The notes beneath the pieces were generated by a model that saw only the letters and a program-made list of their open reading frames with translations, was not told the DNA's origin and ran no database searches. Of a stretch of 64,000 bases of DNA, positions 49,051 to 62,174 are shown piece after piece; the stretch's first letter is position 1, and each line of letters opens with the position of its first letter. The translations under genes and the position numbers were made by a program. Source of the DNA: Mobula birostris (taxonomy: Eukaryota); contig NC_092400.1 of the NCBI RefSeq assembly GCF_030028105.1, forward strand, positions 30,648,206-30,712,205, read 5' to 3'.

Positions 49051-51419
49051 GTTTCTGTACGAAGAGAAGGATAATGAACAGCAAACTTGTTGTTAGATAA
49101 TTTTCACTACCTGGGCTTTGCTAGCAATGCCTGCTTTTACTATTGATCCCTACTTACCCTTGAGAACTGGGTGCTGATTTACTATTGCAGACCTTCACCT
49201 GCTGTAGGGTGTTCCAGCACTTTGAGACAGAAAAAGATGAAGTATTGGTGTAAAAGGATTGCTTTAACCAGCGATGACAATGACCACTGTCGTGGAATAA
49301 CTTGATGGGTTGAGCTTGGCTGCACCGTAAAGATAGTAGAGCACAGGATGTCTGTGGCAACTTCAGTAACATGGACAGTATGCCCGTCCTTTGTTTTACA
49401 CAGCCTGTGAAATGTTTTGGTTTTGGTGATCTCTGCAGTTAAATCTTTTCTGGTAATATCTTGCTTTACGAATTCTTTTCAACCTATTTATGACATGAAG
49501 CTGAATGCCCCATTTGAAAGCCAAGAAATAACTACTATTGACATCCACCATAAGGCATAGAGTAGGAACAAATTAGGCCATTCAGCCCATCTAGTTTGCT
49601 TCACCATTCTATCATAGCTGATGTATTATCCTTCTAAACTCCATTCTCCTGCCATCTCTCTATAACCTATGCTGCCCTGACTAACCAAGAATCTATCAAC
49701 CTCTGCTTTAAATATACCCAATGACTTGATCTGCACAGCTCCCTGTGGCAATGAGCTGCAGAGATTGAACATCTGGCTAAAGCAGTGTTTTGCCATCTGT
49801 GTTCTAAATGGAGGTCCCTCAGTTCTGTGACTGTGTACTCTGGTCCTAGACTCCCCCACTACAGCAAACATCCTTCCCACACCACCTCTATCTAAGCTTT
49901 TCAATACTTGATATGTTTCAAGAGAATATCGCAAGTGTAGCCTGACCAATGCCTTTTCAGAATCAGAATTAAAATCAGAATCCAAATCAGATTTAATATC
50001 ACCGGCATATGTTGTGAGATTTGTTAACTTAATGGCAGCAATATATTGCTCTGCGATGACACTGGTGCCAAGCTGTATGGGTCCTAGTGCCCTTCCCTTG
50101 GACAACATCGGTGGCGTGGAGAGGGGAGACTTGCAGCATGGGCAACTGCTGGTCTTCCATACAACCTTGCCCAGGCCTGCGCCCTGGAAACCTTCCAAGG
50201 CGCAAATCCACGGTCTCACGAGACTAACAGATGCCCATATATATTTATAGATATAGATGTATATCGACATAGATATATTATGTATCTATTCAATAGTTCA
50301 GTTAAAATAAGTTAACAAAATAACAGAAATAAAAAAGTAGTGAGGTACTGTTCGTGGGTTCAGTGTTTATTTTGAAATCAGATGGCAGAGGGGAAGAAGC
50401 TGTTCCTCAACTGCTGACGATGGGCCTTCAGGGTTCTGTTCCTCCCACCCGATGCTAACAGTGTGAAGAGGGAATGTCCTGGGTGGAGGGGATCCTTAGT
50501 GATGGACACAGCCTTCCGAAGGCACTTCTCCTTGAAGATATTTTAGATACTATGGAGGGTGATAACCATGATGGAGCTGACTAATTTCACAAGTGTCTGC
50601 AACTGATTTCGATCCTGTGCAGTAGCCCTGCCCCATACCAGACTGTGATGCAGCCAGTCAGGTTGTTCTCCACGATACATTTGTAGAAGTTTTGGAGTAT
50701 TTCAGTTGACAAACCAATTCTCCTCAAACACCTAATGTTAGCTTAATGTTAGGAGAGGGGGGAATGGGTAGCTGGGGAGGGAAAGGCTACACTTTGTAGT
50801 GGCTCTTTGGATGTGCCATCTTCCTTTGCCCTGACTGCAGCCCCTGTATAATGTTGGCCATTTACACACTGAAAGCCCCCTTTCCTCCTCTGTGTGAACT
50901 CTCTGCCACTTCACCTTGTAGCTCCCTCCTTTGGCAGGTGAGGGCATTGGCCCGGTCTCCACAATCACTACGCTTCCTGGCAGTGCCCTCTCACGGCTCC
51001 CACCCCGTCTTTCGCCTGGCTGCGTGTAAAAGCATTAATGTATCCCCTCTACCCATCTCCTCACTCGGAAACCTCATAGGACCCAGGAGAGTTGAGCAGG
51101 AGGCTGGAAACAGGGAAGAGACAGTGAGAGAGGAACCGTGATATCTGGGTCAGAAGTGAAAATATTTCCTGTAAGTTCGACAGTGAATAATGAATCAGTT
51201 TGTCTTCCTGATCATTACATCAATAACCTCGGCAGGGTCCAGGCTACCCAACCTCTGTGGATTTGAGTTTGAACATCACTAATCGGTCCACAGAACCATT
51301 CCTGCCTGTGTGCACCCAGTCAGTATGGGGGTGTGGATGCAAGGTCAAGGACATTTATGTCCTTTTTCAATATCATCCCACAGTTACCCACCTGTTACAG
51401 TCAGTTACACCGTATGGAC

Positions 51420-52160
51420 CTGGCCAATACAGAAATGCCACACCTGCACGTTCACCTCCTCCCTCACCTCCATTCAGGGCCCCAAACACTCCACCCAGGC
51501 AAAGCAAGCTTCATCCACAAATCTGTTGGGGTCGCCTATTGTATCCGGGGCTCCTGATGTGGACTCCTCAACACTGGTGAGACCCAACGTATATTGGGGA
51601 CCACTTTGTGGCGCACCTGCTTTGTCCAAAAAGTTGAATTTCCCAGTGGCAAACCATTTGAATTCCCATCCCCACTCCCATTCCAACATGCTAGTCCACA
51701 GCCTCCTCTTCACTCTGAATGAGGCCCCTCTCAGGGTGCAGGAGCAGCACCTCATACTCTGTCTCAGTCGCCTCCAACCTGATGGTATGAACACTGATTT
51801 CTCCAATTTCCAGTAACTTTTCCCTCCCCCTTCCCTTTCCTTCTGTTTCTTACTCTGGCCTCTTACCTCTTCTCTTCACCTCCCCCTGGGTCCCCTCCTC
51901 CTTCCCTTTCTCATGGTCCACTCTCCTCTCCTGTCAAATTCCCTCTTCTCCAGCCCTCTACCTTTCCCACCCACCTGGCTTCACCTATCAGCTTCTAGCT
52001 AGTTCCCCTTCCCCTCACCCCACCTTTTTAATCTTGGGTCTTCCCTCTTCCTTCCAGCCCCGATGTAGGTCCTCAGCCCAAAGCGTCAACTGTTTATTCA
52101 CTTTCATTGATGCTGCCTGACTTGCTGAATTCCTCCAGCACTTTGTGTGTGTTGCTATGG
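51420..52160 (+). mobile_element. Penelope-like element 3' fragment
   Basis: Peptide PVANHLNS...LRVQEQHLILCLSRLQPDGMNTDF and the same terminal repeat as the other copies. Confidence 0.75.
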
Positions 52161-52272
52161 AAACAGGCCATTTGGCTCAGCTCGCCCATGCTGACCAACA
52201 TATCGAACCAGGCTAGTGTTTGGTCCATGCCCCTCTCACCTTCTCCAATCTAAGCACATTTCAAATGTCCTT

Positions 52273-55200
52273 TGTAACCCCCTGGGAAAGATTTCACTGC
52301 TTCCATAATGGTCTTTCTGTAGCAACAGTGTTTGGGTGGTGGTTAGAGATAACGGGTGCTTTGGAATGTGAGCTGTCCAATGAAGGGATTGTGCTTTCAT
52401 GTTGTGTGCTTGACACCGGTAAGAGCTGGATCTTTTGTTCGGCGGGAGATGAAGGGAGAAGACGCCGGAGAGAAGAGGTCGTGGGACTCGACCCAGAGCA
52501 GGAGCCATGATTCGATGAAGCCCGAGGAGATCGAAGGAGGTTCGGTGAAGGGGAAACCATGAGCTCCAACCTGTGCACATTAACATGGGCCCTTTTCTTT
52601 CTTTTGCTTTTTCTTTACTAATCCTTTAGTCAAATTAAGAATTATAAAGCTAAATCATTTAATTGTATGCAGTATACTGTCTGTTATTTCGTGGTACTGG
52701 TTTGTAAAAGGGTAACGAATCACAGAGCATCCACACAAATGGGGATTTCAGGGTGAGCTTTCACCTCAATCTCACACGTTTGGTGGGGCTGGAGATTGTC
52801 TTCCCTAGACGTACGCAGCCAATGGAACCAGAGTGTTTCAATTGTGGGGGCTCATCCGGGATCAATTTCATTGGATGCTGTGTGATTGCCCAGAGGTTGT
52901 GTGTTTAAGTCTGTACTAAACTATTGTCTGGTAAAGCGATTATGTTACATAGGTATGGATGCTGCCAGGGTTGAGCGGTGATGTACATCCGTGTGGTTAC
53001 CGGCAACGAATGTGTGCGTGTTGGGTGGGGTACATATTTGTACTCCTGTTGGATTGTTAATTTGACTTTGAAGTACTGTTAAAGGTATAGGCAAAGTTAC
53101 GATTGTGAGGTGGAGATTTGAAAAAATGGCGGTCAGAGACTGTTTTAGTTCAGACTAGCACTGACGTATTGGCAGTGGAACTGCCTGGTACTACTGGGGC
53201 CCCGGTAGAGTGGGGCCATGGACTGTCCATACTTCCTGGGAGGAGGAGAGTTTAGGGGAGCAGGCCGAATCACAAGTCGAGTCTCCTGTAGCTGGAGGCA
53301 GAGATTTCAAAGACAGGGTTCTCTCGTTTCTTCAGAGCGAGGGGAAGGAGTGGTCTGAATGGAATGTCTAATCAGTTCCCCAGGGAAAAGTGAGAATTCT
53401 GAGTTGGTAGCGGCTCTTACCACTCTGTCGAATAAATGGAAAAATGTCCAGGTTCAGAGTCCTGGCTATCGTAGGCTCCGTTTATTCTCAGGAACGAATC
53501 CCACCCTTAAAGGGGAAGAGGAGTATGAGAGTTGGGCGGAGCAGACTTCTCAGTTGTTAGATGATTGACAGTGCTCTGATGATGTAAGACAGCAGTGATT
53601 GGTTGAGAGTTTGAGGGGGCGGGCTGTTGACGTAGTGAGGGCTGTAAGGCACAGAACCCCCTTGCCACTTCTGCAGCCGACATACAAGCACTAGAGAAGG
53701 TGTTTGGTGCGACTGGAAGCCCAATGGAGATCATGACGGGGTTTCAGAACGTGTCAAGAGAAGGGGGAGAAGCTTTCTGGTGACATCCTTCAGCTGAAGA
53801 GGCAACTAAGTTGCTTGTGGTGCTGAGGGGCCATTCAGACGGCTGAGGTGGATCAGTTAAGAATGGACCAAAGAGCGACAGGCGCCCAGTCCCAGAACTT
53901 GATCGCATGGGGTCCCCGAGTGTCTCATAAGACGTGCACTCCTCCCTTGTTTGTTGAGCTGATCAGAGAAGTACGAGAGAAGGAGAATGCATTGGAGGAG
54001 TGGGAGGACTCCGTCAGCAGGGTACAGTCCCCAGTAGTGGTCCTCTGTGGTAAAGTAACCACAGATAGCCTGCCCCGGGGAGTGGTAGAGGAGATTGTGG
54101 CTGAGTTGAGAACTGAGATATCCCGGTTGTTATCAGTGGGTGTGCCCCCCCCCGTATGATGGAGCTGATAGGGAGGTGGATGGTCTAAGGGCATGGACTA
54201 TGCAGAGGGCTGCCAGCAGCCTGGGTCCCATGAGAAGGGGAGCGGGCGGTGTTGTCTGTTATAACTGTGGTGAAGAGGGACACTTCAGGCGGGAGTGTGA
54301 GCGACAGGAAACCCCTCGGAGAGTGAGCCCCCGGTACCTAAGCTGAGAGAGACGCTGGGAAAGTTATAAGAGACCCAGTGAGGGGATGGTCTGGCATCTT
54401 GGGGGAACATATTCCCAGCAATAGGAATACACTAAAGCAAAAAACCCCATTCCTGAAGGTTTAGTGGGGCCAAGCTCCAGTGTATCACTATGGATAGAGG
54501 GTATCTATGCCAGAGCCATACTTGACACAAGGTCACAGGTCACTCTGCTGTACCGTTTGTTTTACAACCAGTATTTGACGCATTTACCACTGACGCTACT
54601 CAGTGCACTGGAGATCTGGGGTCTTAATGTATCTGCCTCTCTGTATGATGGTTATTTGTCAGTGAAGCTGGAGTTGTCAGAGGCTGATGTGGGAGTGGCT
54701 GAGGTCCTTGGTACATTAACACTAGTTTGTCCGGATCCCGCGAGAAGGGCGGCGTTTCAATTCTTGTGGGGACAAATACTCCTGTTGTGAGGAGACTCAT
54801 GAGGGCCTGCAAGGAGGGAGCTGGAGAGGGCTTCCTAGGAACATTATCCGTTCACCTGGTGGTTCGAGCTGCTTTCGAGGAAGTTCGTGGCCACACCGGG
54901 CCAGATAATGAGCTTAGATGAGGGACTGTGTGGTTCACCCAGTCAAGGTCAATCATGTTACTGCCCAGGGATGCAAGAGTGATGGGAAACCCCAAATTTC
55001 CCGGAATGCCTGAGGCCGAGCTCCTCTTGCTGGATGTTTTGGAAGTTCACCAGGAGGAGTCGGGCTTACCTGCTGGGGTGCTGGTGAGGCCCGAACTGCA
55101 GAAGCTCTCGGTTGTACAGGTGAGCAGGATGGCAGTGATCGTCAGGAACGCTACGAAGAGGGAGGTCACCTTCAAGCAGGGGATGTCCATAGTGCATCTC

Positions 55201-55870
55201 TTCCCGGTGATGGTAATGTCTAGTGTCCCTGTCAGACAAGCTGGGGAGAAACTATCTGCCTTTTACACCTGGGGTGGACTTTGTGCTTTGTATGAAGGGG
55301 TGACTAATTTTGGTGGGGGTGGAGGTGGGGGAGACTGTAACACCCTGGGAAAGGTTTCACTCCTAACGTGTTGATCTTAATGTAGAAGCAGTGGTTTGTG
55401 TTATGGTTAGAGATAATGGGTGCTTTGGAATGTGAGCCGTCCATTGAAGGGAGTGTGCTTCATCCTGTGTGCCTGACATTGGGGTGAGCTGGGACTTTGT
55501 TTGGCGGGAGAAGATGCCAGCGAGAAGAGGTCGTAGGACTTGACCTGGAGCAAGGTCATGATTTGATGAAGCTTTGGGAGATCGAGGGAGGATCGGCGAA
55601 GGGGAAACTGTGAGCTCCAACTTGTCACAATAGACTGTTTCATTAAAATGGGCCCTTCTTTTTTTTGCTTTTTCTTTACGAATCCTTTAGTCAAATTAAT
55701 TATAAAGCTAAATCGTTTAATTGTCTGTTATTTCGTAACAGTAACAAATCACGCAGCATCCACACAAACAGGAGATTTCGGGGTGGGCTCACACCTCAAC
55801 CTCACACGTTTGCTGGGGCTGGAGATTGCCTTCCCCAGACTTACACAGCTGACAGAACCAGAGTGTTTCA
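52273..55870 (+). mobile_element. Internally deleted Ty3/Gypsy LTR retrotransposon with PNMA-like Gag
   Basis: LTRs at 52273-52840 and 55336-55870 (TGTAAC...TTTCA) with a 4-bp TSD CCTT. tRNA-Pro-type PBS TGGGGGCTCaTCCGGGAT at 52845-52862. Purine tract at 55312-55335. Gag motif YRRLRLFSG...GEEEYESW, Zn knuckle CYNCGEEGHFRREC, protease AILDTRSQVT. No RT or integrase is seen. Confidence 0.92.
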
Positions 55871-55922
55871 CCTTCAGATGCTGTGAGTGTATCTGCCACA
55901 ACCCACAACCTCAACCACCGAG

Positions 55923-56362
55923 NNNNNNNNNNNNNNNNNNNNNNNNNNNNNNNNNNNNNNNNNNNNNNNNNNNNNNNNNNNNNNNNNNNNNNNNNNNNNN
56001 NNNNNNNNNNNNNNNNNNNNNNNNNNNNNNNNNNNNNNNNNNNNNNNNNNNNNNNNNNNNNNNNNNNNNNNNNNNNNNNNNNNNNNNNNNNNNNNNNNNN
56101 NNNNNNNNNNNNNNNNNNNNNNNNNNNNNNNNNNNNNNNNNNNNNNNNNNNNNNNNNNNNNNNNNNNNNNNNNNNNNNNNNNNNNNNNNNNNNNNNNNNN
56201 NNNNNNNNNNNNNNNNNNNNNNNNNNNNNNNNNNNNNNNNNNNNNNNNNNNNNNNNNNNNNNNNNNNNNNNNNNNNNNNNNNNNNNNNNNNNNNNNNNNN
56301 NNNNNNNNNNNNNNNNNNNNNNNNNNNNNNNNNNNNNNNNNNNNNNNNNNNNNNNNNNNNNN
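55923..56362. other. Assembly gap (N run)
   Basis: Run of N. Confidence 1.
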
Positions 56363-56799
56363 CAACCCAGAACATTTGCTGCTCGAACTTACCAAAGTTT
56401 ACCTTTCCTTGGGGAATTTGGGTGTCACGGTAACAGTTTTCTACTCCACTCGCCCGTTATGGGGCTGGTGTTGCATAGGGCGCCTGCCAGGCCACTGTCT
56501 CTAGCACAGGGCCACCAGGCACAGATTAACAGCACTTCCGTATTCCGTAACTCTTCATTCCTCTACGTACTGCCGTCCCCAACACTCCTTTTGGCTGCAT
56601 CACCATACCCGCTTGAGCTCCTTGTCCTTTCAGCTACTCACCTCTTTCTTCCTCCCCTACACCCTCTGCAGAATGCAGCATTTACCATGGTCCCAGTATC
56701 CTTGATCACTCCTGGTGACCCCAATGGATCCAGCACCAGCTCCCTTTCGTTTGTAACCTGAGTTTGAATTCCCTGGGACCTTCTCACAACCTGAGCCGT

Positions 56800-56969
56800 C
56801 CAGACTCGCAATGACCGCACTCGCAATGCAGGGACCAGACTCGCAATGACCACACTCGCAATGCAGGGACCAGACTCACAATGCAGGGACCAGACTCGCA
56901 ATGCAGGGACCAGACTCGCAATGCAGAGACCAGACTCGCAATGCAGGGACCAGACTCGCAATGCAGGGA
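56800..56969. repeat. Minisatellite with a 20-bp unit CCAGACTCGCAATGCAGGGA and shorter variants
   Basis: Head-to-tail copies with no unique spacers. Confidence 0.9.
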
Positions 56970-59852
56970 ATGGAACAAAGCCAGGACAGCTGTTAGTGCA
57001 ACACTATTATCGCTTGGGCCGTCAGAGTTCAGTTCGAAAGAATTCTGAGATCCTCTGTAAAAAAGATTGCATCTCATTCTGTGTGGGTGTGGGTTTCCTC
57101 TGGATGCTCGAGTTTCCTCTCACAGCCCAGAGGTATACCGGTTAGCCGGTCACTGTCCTGTATTCGGCTGGGCTGCTGGGTGGTGCGGCTCGTTGGGCTG
57201 GAAGGGCCTGTTTCACACTGTTTCTCGAAATAAATAGATAGAAGTTGGGGCAGCACAGTAACGTAGCATAATGCTCCTACCGCACCAGTGTTCGTGACGC
57301 ATTACAGGGGCACTGACAGCATCAAGTGTTGATGGTCCTGGGACTGTACTGGCTGGAGTTCAGAAAACTAAGGAGGATCTCACTGAAACCTGTGGAACAT
57401 GGAAAGACCTAGACAGGGTGGATGTGGTGAGGATATTTAATATTGTGGGACCAGAGGGCACAGCCTCAGATACAAGCCTGCTTCTTTAGAACAGAGATAT
57501 GGAGGAATTCCTTCAGCCGCAGGGGATGAATCTGTGGAATTCCCTGTCACAAATGGATGTGGAGGCCAAGTCATTGGGATAGTTAAAACAGAGATTGATT
57601 CGTCAGGGCATCAAAGGTTACAGGGAGAAGGTAGGAGAAGGGGGTTGAGAGAGATAATAAATCAGCCATGCTGGAATGGTGGAGCAGACTCAATGGGCTG
57701 AATGGCCTAATTTTGCTCCTATGTCTGATGTTCCCATTGCAGACATTGAGACAGGACACTCTGAGTTCATACCAGACTCTGAAACCCTCATTTCTCTGGC
57801 TTTGTGCTACGCTGTCAAAGCTAGTAATGTACAATCTGCTGCAGGATCTCAGCGGCTCAGGCAGTGGTCCGTGAGAGGGAAGGAACTGTCGATGTTTCAG
57901 GATATCCTGATGCAGGGTCTCGACCTGAACTATCAACACTTCTTTTCTCCTCTGCCACCACAGACGCTGCCCAGGCCACTGAGCTCCTGATTCCAGCGTC
58001 TGTGTCCCCATCCCCAGAGTAAGACAGTGCTAACCGGTGGTGTGAAACGTGATTACTGCAACCTGTTCCTCTGGTTCTTCCTCCTCCTCGTCCTCATGAC
58101 AAATCTCAGCTCCTTCTTCACTGCCAAGGGGTATATTTTGTTCAATTACCTGATCATTTGCCAGCTGTCTATAATTAGTTGCAGATTACCAGCATGAGGC
58201 TGTGAGGATTCGAGGCAGTGAAGATAGAAACATTGCTTATTAAACAGATGTAGACACACGCAGATAAGTGCTGCTCGATTGTGGCCCCATTGTCGCACCA
58301 GTGCCTCAGCGATTCCATTCACCTTGTGAACAAGGGGGAGGGAGGGTGAGATTTATCCTCAAGGATGAGGATTTGTCTCTTTCCCTTCCATGGCCATTAC
58401 TTAAGTCTCCATCCACATCAGCCACTGACCTAACCCAGCACTTCAGCCAGGCACTGATGGCTGGATTTACACGCTCATCCAAGGGTTGTGGACGTTGAGG
58501 GACGTCACTGCAGGAATTCCTCTGGCCCAGTGCCCTGCCTTTCATCCGGAGGTCAGAGTGGGGAGTTCACACACTGATAACTGCATGATTCTCAGTTCCA
58601 CACACAAGTCCCAGGCCTGCGTGCCGCACAGTAGCATGGAGGTTTGCACAAATGCCTTCCAGTGCCAGGGATCACTGACTGGTTACAATTCCCACTGCTG
58701 TCTGTACGTTCTCCTTGTGACCGCGTGGGTTTCCTCCCACATTCCAAAGACGTTGCGGGTTAGATGTAAGCCATGGGCACACTATGTTGGTACCAGAAGT
58801 GTGGCGACATTCATGGGGTGCCTAGCGCAATCCTAGCTGATTTGATTTGAAGCATTTCAACATACATGTGATAAATAAAGCTAATCTTTAGCTAGAGCAG
58901 GGCTACAGTCAGGCACAGGCTGAAGTGGCAAGTAACATTCATGCAATGGAATTGTCAGGAAAGGACCTCCTCCAACAAGAATCCAACCTCCTAATCTTGA
59001 CATTGACATCACCAAGACCCCATCGTCAGTGTGCTGGGAATCACTGTCAACCAGAAACACAGTAAAACCATCACATAAATACCACAGGACTACGGGAACG
59101 GGTCAGACTTGGGGTAAGTTAGTCACTGAGCATGGCAAGAGGCCCCTCAGCACCAAGACTGCCAACTAAGCTTGTCATATTTGCCCATATTTCTCCAAAA
59201 CCTTTCCCATCATCTACCTGTCCAAATGCCTCTTCAATGTTGTTAATGGATCTGCCAAAACCACTTCCACTGGCAGCTTGCTTAGTATACTGACTACTCT
59301 CTTGGTGAAAATGATGCCCTATTAAAGCCCTCCCCCATCACCTTAGACCTCTGCCCTTTGGTTTTTGAGTAGAAATCATCTCTGAAATGTTCTTACATCC
59401 CTCTGACACCCCAGAACCTTTCTGCACTTGCAGGACACACCAGCAGTTTGACAGACTATGGAATTCTCCCCTGCTCTGGCAGCTCCCATTTAAACCTTTC
59501 CCTTCTCAGCCTAAACCTATGCTCCCTAGTTTTGGATTCCCCTATCCTGGGGAAATGACTGTTACCGTCCACCTCATCGATGCCTCTCATTAGTTTAAAC
59601 AGTTCTATCAGGCCGCCCCTCATTCTCCTACGCTCCAAGGAATGGACCCAGCCTGGTCAACCTGTCTGAGAACTCAGGCAACATCCTTCTATATTTTTCC
59701 TACACTCTTTCCAGTTTAACCACATCTTTCCTATAACTTCTTCACTAGAACACAAATACATTGCACTCTGAAGTTGCTGGGAGGAGGGAGGGGGTGAAGA
59801 CTCAGGAATTGTTTGTTTATTGTTGTTAAGGAGATCCAGAGATCTGCTTTGT

Positions 59853-60025
59853 TCAGTCGGAGAGAGACTTCCACCGAGACTGGCAGAGGCCATTGACTGA
59901 TCCCACCCTCATCTCACTGATCTCCCCTCTCAGTGCTAAACCACTCAGTCAGGGAGGGACTTTCACCGAGACTGGCAGAGGCCATTGACTGATCCCACTC
60001 CCATCTCACTGATCTCCCCTCTCAG
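59853..60025. repeat. Local direct repeat, two copies, period 92 bp
   Basis: CACCGAGACTGGCAGAGGCCATTGACTGATCCCAC... starts at 59872 and 59964. Confidence 0.85.
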
Positions 60026-61183
60026 AGCTGTACCCTGAGGAATTCAGACTTTGCTCAAGTCCTAGGACATTTGAATGAACATGGCAGTGGTCTAGACACT
60101 GGAGGAAATCAGCAGAACGGGCAGTATATGTGAAGGCGAGTAAACAGTGGATTATTCCTCTCCACAGATGCTGTCTGACCTGCTGAGTTCCTCCAGCATT
60201 TTGTATGCGTTGCTCTGAATTTCCAGCGTCTGCAGAATCTCGTGTTTATTTTATTTATTTCTTTAGAGAAATGGTGTGGTACAGGTCCTTCCGGTCTAAC
60301 GAGCCATATTGCCCAGCAACCCACCGATTTAACACGGGCATAATCACAGAACACTTTACAATGACCAATTAACTTACTAACTGGTTTGTCTTTGGACTGT
60401 GGGAGGAAACCAGAGCATCAGATAAAACCCACACGTTCATGGGAAGGATGTATAAATTCCTAAAGACAGCAGATATCTTCTCACTGGTTACCCGTCTTTA
60501 CAACTTGACAGTCCAATGGCTACATCCAAGTCCTTTCTCCACTGGGGATCACAGCACCATCGCTGTGGCACAGTACTCATTACTTCTTCCATCCTGTAAA
60601 GGGTCCTGACTCTGTTTGCCAATAATCCATCTCCTGTCCACACTGGAATGTGAGCCCCTGTAACAAGAGCTTTGACTGCCCATCATTGACACTACCCCTC
60701 ATCAGTCTAGTACATCCACCGCTTTGCACGATCCTTCTTCGGGACACCGCAGTACCGTAATGCTATTACAGCTCAGGGCGTCAGGGTTCAGAGTTCAGAG
60801 TTCAAGCTGGCATCTTCTGTACAACCTCCCTGTGGGTTTCCTCCGGTGCCCCAGTTTCCTCCCACAGTCCTGCGACTGTGTCGATTGGTCACTGCAAATT
60901 GTCCTGTGATTAGGCCAGGGTTAAGTAGGTGTGTTGCTGGCCATTGGGGGGGGGGGTGGTGGTGGGGGTCTCAAAGTACCAGCCCGTACCGACCCTCAAA
61001 ATAAACAAACAATTCCAGCAAGTTAGTTAGAGCCTATCACCAGTGTCTGCAGACGATTTTGTGTTCATGTTAGCACTCCATATAGGGTTCAGTCCCAGCA
61101 CTCACCCTCCTCTGTTCAGCCCATCTCCCCACCGGCCCACCTCCGCATTCACCGCATTTACCACTACTTGGGGCTTCCCTCCA

Positions 61184-61215
<32 letters not shown>

Positions 61216-61295
61216 GTGCACACGCACACACACAAGCACGCGCGCACGTGCACACGTACGCACACGCACACACACTCGCATGCATACACTCACAC
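61184..61295. repeat. (CA)n/(CG)-interrupted microsatellite abutting a gap
   Basis: Directly visible. Confidence 0.9.
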
Positions 61296-61453
61296 NNNNN
61301 NNNNNNNNNNNNNNNNNNNNNNNNNNNNNNNNNNNNNNNNNNNNNNNNNNNNNNNNNNNNNNNNNNNNNNNNNNNNNNNNNNNNNNNNNNNNNNNNNNNN
61401 NNNNNNNNNNNNNNNNNNNNNNNNNNNNNNNNNNNNNNNNNNNNNNNNNNNNN
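61296..61453. other. Assembly gap (N run)
   Basis: Run of N. Confidence 1.
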
Positions 61454-61454
61454 T

Positions 61455-62165
61455 TTGCTTACCTGCTAGTTAGTCTTAAGGGAATATTGCATGAGAACTC
61501 CCAAGTCCTTTTGAATGTCTGATTTTTGAAATTTCTTCCTATTTAGAAATAGTCCACACCTTTATTCCTTCTGTCAAAATTCATGACCATGCTCTTCCAT
61601 ACATTTTATTTCATTTGCCACTCCTTTGACCATTCCTCGAAACTGTCTAAGTCCTTTGGCAGACACACCCTGCTTTCTTCGCACTACCTGCCCTTTGCCC
61701 GTCTTTGTATAGCCCACAAACTTGTCCATAAAGCCGTATATCGTGAAAAGAAGCAATCCCAACACTGAACCCTGCAGCAACCGCTACACACTGACAGCCA
61801 ATCACAAAAGGTCCACTTTATTCCCACCCTTTGCCTCATGCCAGTCAGCCAAAAATCTGTCTTTGATAGTACCTTTCCTGTAATACCACGGGCTCTTATC
61901 TTCTTAAGCAGCCTCATCTGTGGCATCTTATCAAAGACCTTCTGAAAATCCAAGTACACAATATCAACCAATTCTCCTTTGTCTATCCTGTCTGTTATTT
62001 CCTCAAAGAATTCCAACAGATTTGTCAGGCAAGAATTCCTCTTGAGAAAACAATGCTGACTATAGCCTATTTTATCATGTGCCTCAAAGAAGTCTAAAAC
62101 CCATTCTTTAATAATACATTCCATCTTTCCCACCACTGAAGTTGGACTATCTGGCCTATAATTAC
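61455..62165 (-). mobile_element. Decayed CR1 RT fragment
   Basis: Peptide SCLTNLLEFFEEITDRIDKGELVDIVYLDFQKVFDK...LQGSVLGLLLFTIY. Confidence 0.82.
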
Positions 62166-62174
62166 TTTTCACAA

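Noticed and set aside
55648-56761. Long ORFs of 150-290 aa, and similar ones at 61043-61522
   Set aside because: They are produced by translation through N gaps.
56800-56969. Regular 20-bp repeat array resembling a CRISPR array
   Set aside because: Units are head-to-tail with no unique spacers, there are no cas genes, and the context is eukaryotic. It is a minisatellite, and the ORFs over it are artefacts.
59657-60040. Minus-strand exon candidate over the 92-bp repeat
   Set aside because: All three frames hit stops within the repeat after the candidate acceptor.
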